Below, piece after piece: positions 11,801 to 18,400 of a stretch of 64,000 bases of DNA. Each line of letters opens with the position of its first letter. Position 1 is the stretch's first letter. Made by a program: the position numbers and the translations under genes. The stretch spans positions 1,922,001 through 1,986,000 of the forward strand of contig OX337235.1 in NCBI GenBank assembly GCA_946965045.2, written 5' to 3'. The notes below the pieces were generated by a model that was given only the letters and a program-made list of their open reading frames with translations, searched no databases and was not told the origin of the DNA. Source of the DNA: Epithemia pelagica (taxonomy: Eukaryota; Protista; Bacillariophyta).

Positions 11801-12280
11801 GGTTGGCATAGTTGTTTTCATGGCGCGCAGCTTGTTGACAATTTGGAGATTGTGGGAATGGAAATATGGTCTCGCGTGATCGTGTGTCGTGCTTGGGATA
11901 CTTAGATCGTTGGATCGGATAGATGCCGATAGCGCTCGGATGTCGCTTGGGCGCGCTCGATGATTTCGGGCGCGTACGCTTAGGGCGTTAGTACAGTGTC
12001 CGAGCAACGGCCAAATTTACGTCCGTTGTAATACCGCACGACCCAATTTAGTCTTGAGAGTGAGTTCGTCAATCTATTCTCACTTTTCATGATTTGCGAA
12101 GAAATATAGGTCGATATAGCGCGAAGCTAGGAAACATAGCTCGAAGCTAGAGGGCATGATGCGATAGCACGAGGCTATGTGACATGGGGAATCGATGAGA
12201 TGTAGAATCTAACCACCATAGACGGTGAGAATTCTAACAAGTTTGAAGGTGGCATGAAACACAAGATGGTGCGTCTGTAA
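2819..12280 (+). CDS. Harbinger accessory (second) gene: exons 2819-3185 and 3266-3855, original last codons 12245-12280 displaced by the copia
   Basis: A phase-1 intron GTAAGT...ACCAG puts the 2747 and 3313 ORFs in frame. Removing the copia and one AGTTT restores ...LHEPDAKFEGGMKHKMVRL*. The gene lies inside the TIRs. Confidence 0.8.
3856..4638 (-). repeat. 3' LTR of the copia element
   Basis: Direct repeat of 11457-12239 at offset 7601. No mismatch seen by eye, and the ORF-track peptides from the two copies are identical. Confidence 0.97.
4633..10320 (-). CDS. Gag-Pol polyprotein (gag, aspartic protease, integrase, chromo-like module, RT, RNase H), 1895 aa
   Basis: Protease LIDRGANGG; integrase VATDSVF, ISDGG, SEPYHQHQNKAE; RT HKARLVADG, DIGNAYL, KALYGLK, YVDDL; RNase H YVDAN, TYGSEFVA, GDNRS, NPADILSK. 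Confidence 0.97.
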   Translation of the reverse strand: MDPQSPKTPTTPKGEDNQDNVSDTDLFDHIIFTVCQFFTKERADYLMKWMKYHGFENITHVISYMQTNTEESMKELTQYKVNKQTHDLQGPTRQQIKLLAYWATYKTNEIQDELSNSDWMNLTRKEFNTWRINTDFSKGPPSQVPVSPMKSPSSVKSVSTVTAASQSQQDLTAFRKGTKRDATAYEVFKDERYYDSFWRVFKTTAKAQGLSNVLNFKYTPPHDDEYAEELFQEQQVFLYSVLVRIIQTDQGRAYVREHEHDEDARAVLQKLHSLHTESDLAKREVLRLTNYISNLRLDDTWRGTTRQFLLHFQEQLRLLDNLVTLSDRIPDHTRMTFLMQAVEKVPDLRRVKILDNVVNTKSGAKSLCYQSYFRLLLDAAYDHDQATQSSVHSRRRHVKQHESLYGQDTDADITSQDDMEYHVHNTKATSESPSSSSKVSLPRDLWFKLSEEDRKLIIEYNKMIQAPSSTTPRTVQTHALDIDPEPDPDPNQVASDDDSPGVVPEHSDDSDPVTQFINQAMTTDINHPATDLTSVLSNAKSKTSKKVTFKANMHKQAGHVPRYLFSRKSTLPGNQLIDRGANGGLAGSDMRILSKTGRHITIVGIDNHELTGLPVVTCAAKFETNDGPIVGIFNEYAYYGKGLSIHAPGQFEHFGLAVDERSVKVDGKQRITTLDGRAIPLHIKDGLAYIHSLGIPSDDDMDTLPQIIFTSPDTWDPGVLDHSYSPTPSDNDPDWKHVKTDGSMSNHPYDNYGEYTDRVVCNLNLLLDLPYDHGPDDAPFFSIYADAEGNDPTLHASVHRRYQEAYDWKKFRPFFGWQSEDVIADTFKHTTRNGSITFDHDTLKKHFKARNPVLNIPRRHEPVATDSVFSDTPAVDHGGKVAQIFVGRDTLVTDIYGIKSTKQFVNTLQDNIRFRGAMETLISDGGSSLISQKVKDILRTLLIGEYRSEPYHQHQNKAENRYQTVKRMTNALMNATGCPANTWLLCLEYVCDLLNHTSSPTHSGRTPLEALSGRPPDITHLLFFPFWDEVYYRVDPAEPNSGSYPSSSDEKLGHWVGFAHNVGDSFTWKILTQDNQLIYRSAVRRVESTTPNLRVDRPSGEDSSEKDDNDKQADTVFIRSDSEDPSKPMPTIDFDDMIGRTFLCDTEENGERHRARVIKRVIDLNEEATKQEERVKYIYRKTNSDVDEMISYNQLMEYIERDNQAQTSGDNLFRFRDVIAHQGPLNTTDPDYKGSKYNLLVDWETGETTYEPLSLIANDDPITVAIYGKKHGLLNEPGWKHLKRYVKTSKRLIQAAKQSRIKQVHHSVKYKFGFQVPRNYEEAVALDKQHGNTKWQDATELELSQIQSYKTFKDFGKAIFIKGKVSNAPEGYHKIRVHLVFDVKHDGRHKARLVADGHLTKEPVETIYSGVVSIRNLRIALFLGTLNDLEIWGADIGNAYLEALTGEKIFIVAGPEFKELEGHILIIYKALYGLKSSGARWHDVLFDVLTDMGFSPSKADPDIWMRKAPGEDCYEYIAVYVDDLAIISTDPGNICKILKEKYNFKLKGDGPIDFHLGCCYTKDSDGTFVADPRRYIGKMMDTFERIFKEKPKKAKTPLIGGDHPELDDSELLDEEGTSHFQTLIGQLQWVITIGRFDVFTATMTLSRFRAAPRKGHLDRAKRIYGYLAHLPEGAIRFRIGEPDYSSLPTQEFDWTRTVYSNASERIPEDCPTPLGRYVTTTHYVDANLMHDIVTGKSVTAVLHLLNGTPIDWYSKRQSTVETATYGSEFVAARTAIDQITELRHSLRYLGVPIRERSYLYGDNRSVVLNATVPHSILSKRHHLLSYHRVREAIAAKYVAFYWKDGKTNPADILSKHWDFVSIWPMLKPLLFWKGEVQDLNKSNDDKAETTSCGEC
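4639..4646 (-). other. Polypurine tract (GTGGGGAG) abutting the 3' LTR
   Basis: Minus strand reads GTGGGGAG|TGTTAG. The pol stop codon TAG lies just inside the LTR. Confidence 0.75.
10321..10640 (-). repeat. Short-repeat-rich spacer immediately upstream of the gag ATG
   Basis: On the plus strand: GTTTATTTAATGTG x2, CCCGGATGT x3, ATGTACCACGT x2, ACAAATTTTCGCCGA x2, and GTGAT runs. Confidence 0.75.
10641..11420 (-). CDS. Extra sense ORF (259 aa) between the PBS and gag; function unknown
   Basis: ATG 37 nt downstream of the 5' LTR. Pro/Ser-rich N-terminus, a globular-looking middle and an acidic tail; no family recognised. Confidence 0.7.
   Translation of the reverse strand: MDTNEIITPVRQIYRANLHPGQPDTLVQQELVPTPKAANTSVNISVDSSDSNPFETPTQPHAPIPAPLLRPPSPPRRLVPSRSRRTTRLIADHIKYFRQPTCSTFDPEIIRGETQIERQFQSVTHIVDQEDIDRLNDQLHRSPRRRLIFAALSGNPIRTVHLRFLTFERPTGYYNTIHVVNATTCPLPPNVVRLDNYVAYIHEVHTIEDHRATIYPLRAEVENHLAEGDSPSSVACAAPSEPGSDSDHSEEGEDSETEA
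11443..11456 (-). other. Primer-binding site complementary to a tRNA-Asn(GTT) anticodon arm
   Basis: Directly after the 5' LTR the minus strand reads GATTAACAGTCTCA. Its complement GACTGTTAATC has the CT-GTT-AA anticodon-loop pattern. No TGG (CCA complement) is present. Confidence 0.6.
11457..12239 (-). repeat. 5' LTR of the copia element
   Basis: Same 783-bp sequence as 3856-4638, located upstream of the ORFs on the minus strand. Confidence 0.97.
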
Positions 12281-12420
12281 ATTAATGTAGTATGATTTGG
12301 GGCGGTTGCAAAAACCGGGTGGTGGTGGGCCTAAATCTTTCTATTAGTTCTCTATTTGTCCATGTTCATAGTTTATGCCATAGTACATCGATTAAGCGTT
12401 CTGGTCGTGTTCCGCTTTGT

Positions 12421-12472
12421 AGTCAGACTTTGCCTGGCATGACAGCGAGCTGCTCAGGATTACCCCAGCTCC
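12421..12472 (-). repeat. Right TIR of the Harbinger element (TSD CAA at 12473-12475)
   Basis: AGCGAGCTGCTCAGGATTACCCCAGCTCC is the inverted counterpart of the left end, followed by CAA. Confidence 0.9.
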
Positions 12473-12590
12473 CAAGGTGAAACAATGCCTCTTACAACTT
12501 TTCGACGGCAGCCTGTTCTGCACCCCTACTCTCTTGGTTTATAGTCGTTTCTACTCTTTTTGTCATAGTACCCTCGAATTAGTCATCACC

Positions 12591-15431
12591 ATGGCTTCTC
12601 GCCGTTCTGCACCCTCCGCCTCTGGATCGAATGCAAAATCCTCATCCGCTGGTCCCAAGACTCCCGCCTCGACTGCCATTCAAGCGAGCGTGAAACAATT
12701 CTTCTCCAGCCAGGCTGCGGCCTCGTCTCATGGTTCCTCTTCTTCGGCACCTGCGGTGGTTCCGGCCAAGAATTCTCCCTCCCTAGCGCGTCCCGGTGAA
12801 ACTTACGCGTCCATGTCGGCCTCCACTCCCTCGTCCCCCGCTAAGGGAGCTGCCAACGCGCCGAGCACCATGGGACGCTCTGTGGCTCCTACTCGGTTAC
12901 TCCGCGAGAACCCTGTGGATCCAATTATCGATAGTTCTCCTCATCAACCGGCCCTAGACTCTGTCCTTACTGCCTCTACTCGATCGGCTGCGGGCGCTCC
13001 TCCAACCTCCCCTCCAGGTCAACGTCGGACCAACAAACGTTCACATGGTGTCTCGAAGTCTCCCAGGTCTCGGTCCGATCGCTCTCGTTCCAAAGCGCGT
13101 CGCTCCGTGTCAGCTACCGCATCTCCGGCCCGTTCTCCGGGACCTGCTGTTCCCCGCGGTCCAGGCCGGGGTGGCCGTGCTCCTATTGTGGCCCCAGGCC
13201 GTGGTAGTCCCTCTGGTCGCTCTCGCTCGACTCGTTCAAGCAATCGATCTCGCCCTTCGGTTCCCCCTACGGAGACAACGACAACAGCTGACCCGCCCCC
13301 TACGGCCGGTCCTGCTATGGATTCTACGGAGGACCAGGACATGGACGACCATCCGATGGTTATTGCCATTGCTAACGCCATTTTGGGGGAGTTTGACAAA
13401 TCTCGGCAAGCGACCACCCACCCCTCTACGTTGTCCCAGCCCTCTACGTCGTCCCAGACCCCTTCTAACGGGGAACCGGTTCCTCCACCGAACTCTTCGG
13501 TGGCGGCCCCGTCCCACTCAACGTCTCCCACCCGAGGTTCGTTCCAGGCGACCCTAGCCGAGGAGGTGGACGCTTTACGCCAACAGGCAGCGGCGACTCC
13601 CACGGATGCACCAGCGGAAGATGATATCTCGGATGACGCGACCGTCGCGGCCGACAATGCCCACGGGCATTTAGTCCACCGGTTCGTAGCCCAACCTACT
13701 TCGGTTTCCACGGCCAGCACGGCGAGCATGACTACTACCACGGCATCCTCGATGTCCTCCTTGGCCCCTTCTACGACTCGTCGCCCCACCACCCAACAGA
13801 CAAACCCCTACTACGCCCCTTTCCAGCCTCGTCGCCAGGTTGAGTGCCGTTATGAGATGCGTGTTCATGTTCAACCCTCGGCCCAGGCCGATACCGAACT
13901 CCGGCAGACATTGGTGGCTTTCTTCACAAAACTCAAGGAGTCAGATCCTTCCCTTGTCATCCACCCCTGGGAGGACAAGGAAAATACGACGGGCCAATCC
14001 GGAAATCGCCGTTGGAAGGCCCTTACCTCTCCTAACCAAATTCCCGCTACCATGACTGGCTTGAAGAAGTATTTTCCCCGGGCCATTCCCAAGACCGCTG
14101 GGGGACCCGTGTACCCGTCGGTCCACCTTGGCCATACGGTATCCTTTGCTGCTCTGAAGGAGGAACTCTCGTGGTGGTTCCAAGGTGAGCGTCATGGGCT
14201 TTGGGAACGGCAGCTCCAGTGTGAGGCCACCTACGTCGTCGGTTGGGCCCTGTATTCGACCCAATCGATGCATGTACCGGCCCTCCGTCGTGAGATTTCG
14301 GAGCGTCTGGGCATCGACGTGGGCATCCGTTGGCGTACCATTCAACTCGATAAGACGGGTCCTATTCCCGCGGACCAACTCGCGAAGGCCCTCCATTTTG
14401 AGGTTAACAAGAAAGATAAACGGATGGCAAAACAACGTCTGGCGGAAATCTACGCCAAGGAAGCGACAGACTTTCCCTTAGGTATTAAGCTCCGCCTAGT
14501 CTGGCCCCTGTCGGACTTAATGAATTTCCGGACTCGCACCAAGGTTGCGGCCCTGCGCTTACGTCAACTGCAGTTTTGTACCCACATGACTGGCATGCGC
14601 ACGTGGGAACTTCAAGCCATCGACATTCCGGATGAGCGGACGGGTTGCACCCTACGAAAACGTCTTATGGCCATCCGGAGTCAGCAGGACGGCTGTCAAC
14701 TTTTCCACTCCGTCGACCCCAGTCATATCGGGGATGCGGTGCAATTCACGTTCCACCCGAGCCGTGAGGAGGAAGCCAGGTCCATGGTTATTGCTTTGCC
14801 TCCGTATCTACGTTGGAAAATGGAGTCTGAAAACCCTTCGTTTACGCCCGAGGAGAGAGAACGTTACTACTCTAAGGTGTTATATTGCCACTTCAATCGG
14901 GACGCCCTCGACCGGGCAGTGGACGCGGTGTGGAATCCCACCACTATGACTGTGGAGTCGCCCGCCGACGCCTACAATGATTGGATCTTCGACGAAGGAG
15001 ATGCTGAGTTGGACTGCTCCACTCTGGGTGACACGTCCGGCACTCCCGCTTCTACTCTTCCCTCTGCATTGGCGCCTCGTGTGCGTCCTCACGATGCGGC
15101 TGGCGATACCGACAGCATTTCGACGATCCCCCAGGGGCGATCCCTTGCCTCCTTGCCCTCCCAGACATCTGATTCCTCTGCCCCCCCGACGGACAATCCA
15201 CCTTCCTCCACTCCGACGTCGTCCCTTTCCCAAGGCTCTTCCCATGTTTCCCAAGTCCAAGCCCTTGCCGCTATGGTTGACTCTTTTCGTTCTGTGATGA
15301 ACCTCCTTCCTGATAATTCAGCTACTCAAGCCCTGCGCCAGCAACTCGCCAATCTTCCCGCCTCTTCGGCCTCTTCCCCCAATGACTCTTCCCCGTCGCC
15401 ATCTGGTCCGGCGTCGGGGCAGGGCCATTAA
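12591..15431 (+). CDS. ORF1 of the non-LTR element (946 aa)
   Basis: ATG at 12591 after a 97-nt 5' UTR. S/P/A/T-rich termini flank a complex central region (approx. ECRYEMRVH...WIFD). Confidence 0.85.
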   Translation: MASRRSAPSASGSNAKSSSAGPKTPASTAIQASVKQFFSSQAAASSHGSSSSAPAVVPAKNSPSLARPGETYASMSASTPSSPAKGAANAPSTMGRSVAPTRLLRENPVDPIIDSSPHQPALDSVLTASTRSAAGAPPTSPPGQRRTNKRSHGVSKSPRSRSDRSRSKARRSVSATASPARSPGPAVPRGPGRGGRAPIVAPGRGSPSGRSRSTRSSNRSRPSVPPTETTTTADPPPTAGPAMDSTEDQDMDDHPMVIAIANAILGEFDKSRQATTHPSTLSQPSTSSQTPSNGEPVPPPNSSVAAPSHSTSPTRGSFQATLAEEVDALRQQAAATPTDAPAEDDISDDATVAADNAHGHLVHRFVAQPTSVSTASTASMTTTTASSMSSLAPSTTRRPTTQQTNPYYAPFQPRRQVECRYEMRVHVQPSAQADTELRQTLVAFFTKLKESDPSLVIHPWEDKENTTGQSGNRRWKALTSPNQIPATMTGLKKYFPRAIPKTAGGPVYPSVHLGHTVSFAALKEELSWWFQGERHGLWERQLQCEATYVVGWALYSTQSMHVPALRREISERLGIDVGIRWRTIQLDKTGPIPADQLAKALHFEVNKKDKRMAKQRLAEIYAKEATDFPLGIKLRLVWPLSDLMNFRTRTKVAALRLRQLQFCTHMTGMRTWELQAIDIPDERTGCTLRKRLMAIRSQQDGCQLFHSVDPSHIGDAVQFTFHPSREEEARSMVIALPPYLRWKMESENPSFTPEERERYYSKVLYCHFNRDALDRAVDAVWNPTTMTVESPADAYNDWIFDEGDAELDCSTLGDTSGTPASTLPSALAPRVRPHDAAGDTDSISTIPQGRSLASLPSQTSDSSAPPTDNPPSSTPTSSLSQGSSHVSQVQALAAMVDSFRSVMNLLPDNSATQALRQQLANLPASSASSPNDSSPSPSGPASGQGH

Positions 15432-18400
15432 TTCCGACGCCCCGGCTTCTGGAGCTCCATCCCTTCCAGTTGCCACCGAGGGGCCTCTTCGGGATTCCCG
15501 TGCCGTCTCGCCCTCTTTCCCCACCGCGGACGGTACCTGTTGGGGAGACTCGTTTCAGGAGGAAGCGCCGGAGTCCGTGCTCCGTGTCGTGGCTCTCAAT
15601 GTCTCTGGCCTCCCCGCACACCCTGGGGGAATCAAGTATCAAGATCTTTTACATTTTATTCATGACTATTCCGTTGATATCATCTGTTTGTCGGAACTAA
15701 ATCTCGCGTGGCACTGTCTCCCGGAGCCTTCACATTTTGCGCAAGTAACTCGTCCTTGGTTTCGATCAGTGTCCTCTACGGTCGCTTGGTATCGGGACCA
15801 ATCATTGACCACGTCGTTCCAACGAGGAGGTGTTGGTATCTTAGTGAGGGATAGCCACACGGGTCGTATCTGTGGCTCTGGAGAGGATCCTGTGGGTCTC
15901 GGCCGTTGGGCGTGGATTCGCCTACGTGGTCATCACGGCTCCCATTTGCGTGTTTTTAGTGCCTATCGGCCGGTTTTCAATCCGCGTGACCCTGGCTCCG
16001 TTTGGAATCAACACAACGATTTCTTCCAAGCCCAAACCCCGCCCCGGCTCTGCGAACCCCGGCAGGCATTCTTAGTGGATCTGACCTGTGCTCTTCAAGC
16101 GGCGTACGACGCGGGCGACCAAGTCCTTTTGTCCTTGGATGCTAATGAACCGCACCTGTGGCAACCAAACAACCAGGTCTCCCAGACTTTCGCCTCCGCC
16201 AATCTTCACGATCTTCATCTCGAGCGACACGATCGGACCACTGCTCCACCCACCCACAACAGGGGATTGCGTCCCATTGATGCAATGTTTGGGTCGGCCT
16301 CTTTGCAGCCCTACACTTCTGGTTACCTTCCTTTTGGTAGCGGCCCTGGCGATCACCGCCCGTTATGGATTGATTTATCCCTCCCCCACGTTTTCGGTCA
16401 ACCTACCCGTGCCACGACACCGTCTGCTGCTCGTCGTCTCCAATGTCGCGACCCTCGGACCGTGGCCCGTTATCATACTGCGCTACACCGCCATTATGCG
16501 GAACACCGGATTTCGGAACGCTCTTTTCAATTGGAGACTTCGGTATCGGGACCCTTGACATCGTCGCAAGCGGCCGAATGGGAATGCCTTGACAAACTTC
16601 GTACGGAGGGCATTTTCCACGCCGATTTCCGTTGTCGTCGCCTGCGTACGGATGCGGTACCGTGGACGCCTGCCCTGGGGCAAACGCTTCAGGTTCACCG
16701 GTTCTGGGACAAGTTCTACCATTTCCGCATTGGGCGTCACGTTAGCTTCTCGTTTCTGCGTCGGCTAGCCCGGAAAGCCGGGCTTGAGATCCCTGCCGCC
16801 ATGCCTGTGGACGACATTCTGGCTCAGCGCCAGTTGGCTTGGGAACGCTACCGGGCTGCAAAAAAGGCCGCGCCCCAGGAACGCCAAGGCTTTCTGTCCC
16901 AACTGGCACAGGCACGTGCCGATGCCGGTCTTGAAGCGGCCGCAACTGGTCTTTCCAATATGCTACGCCGCGAACGTCAGCGACGTGATGCGGCGATTCT
17001 ACGGTCCATTCTGCAACCGGGTCAGCGTCGTGGTTTGTCCTCCGTGGATATCCCTACTCCCAACACTGGCACATGGACTGATGGCGATTGGACGGGCCTC
17101 TGGACCACTCGCACGGACCGGCAAGGAATGGAACAGGGATGTTTGGAAGAGAATGATCGTCGTTTCCGTCAAGCGAGCGATACCGACCTGCTCACTCCGT
17201 CTCTCCTTGCGGCTTTGGGCCCCATGGGTACGTCACCGCTCGCAGTAGAACTGGTTGCCGCGGGTGCCACCAAGGGTCTCCAGGATTACGGTCTTTCCGA
17301 CGCGGCTTTGTTGTACCTTTCGTCACATCGCCGACCTGCCGTCCTTCACCTTCCCTCCTCGCCTCTCCCGCTCGATTTCCGAACACAAGCCTATTCTCGG
17401 TCTTGGCTCAAGATGGACGAATTCACCGCGTCCGGGCCGTCCGGCCTTCACTTCGGGCACTTCCAGGCTAATGCCGTGGATCCACAGTTGGCTGCGGTCG
17501 ATGCGGCGTTGGCGCGGATTCCCACTCTGAGTGGTTACGTACCCCTGCGGTGGATGCAAGGTATGAACGTGATGTTAGAGAAAAAACCGGGCGTATCCCA
17601 GGTCACAAAACTGCGCACTATCCTCCTCTATGAGGCGGACTATAATCACAACAATAAACTACTGGGTCGTGCAATGATGCGTTTTGCGGAAACTAATGCA
17701 CTCCTTGCCCCGGAACAATATGGCAGTCGGAAGGCTCATAGTGCTATATTTCAAAGCGTCAACAAGGTCCTCACTTTTGATATTCTGCGGCAATCGCGAC
17801 ATCCCGGCGCCCTCTGTTCCAACGATGCTAAGTCATGTTATGACCGTATCGTCCACAGCACCGCGGGGTTAGCCATGCAACGATGCGGTGTGCCTCCGGC
17901 CCTGGTGAAAGCGTCCCTTGGCCCCATCCAACGACTGAAGCATTACATTCGTACCCAGTATGGCGATTCTACCACCTTTTTCTCCGCCGACAGTGGAGAA
18001 GTTCCAGTTCAAGGTATCGGTCAAGGAAATGGTGCTGGGCCCGCCATCTGGGCGGTCGTCAGTACCCCTATTTTCAACGCAATGCGTCAACGAGGGTATG
18101 GCATCTTCCTGCGGTCGCCGGGGTCTGGCACTGAGTTTCTATTCGTCGGGTACGCCTTTGTCGATGACACCGATGTCGTGGTCAACGACGTCTCCGTTCA
18201 TGCCACCGCCGCCTCTGTCACCGAAAAACTCCAAACCAGCATCAACTTTTGGGAAGAAGCCCTACGTGCTTCAGGGGGGGCCTTAGCCCCAGCGAAGTGC
18301 CATTGGTATCTGATCGATTACCAATGGACCGGGAAGTCATGGCGTCTGGTTACCCCGGCGGATACCCCGGCCACTATTACAGTTCGGTCTCCCTCGGGTC

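Larger units (their letters stand above)
3856..12239 (-). mobile_element. Intact Ty1/copia LTR retrotransposon, diatom CoDi type
   Basis: Two 783-bp LTRs with TGTTA...TAACA ends, 5-bp TSD AGTTT (3851-3855, 12240-12244), and an uninterrupted gag-PR-IN-RT-RH ORF in copia order. Confidence 0.97.
947..12472. mobile_element. PIF/Harbinger DNA transposon, about 3.1 kb without the nested copia
   Basis: Imperfect 52-bp TIRs (947-998 / 12421-12472), 3-bp direct repeat CAA on both sides, DDE_Tnp_4-type transposase and a divergent second gene. Confidence 0.9.

Noticed and set aside
13019-13792. 257-aa antisense ORF in LINE ORF1, and the 321-aa alternate-frame ORF at 20334-21299
   Set aside because: Low-complexity, GC-rich shadows of the real ORFs.
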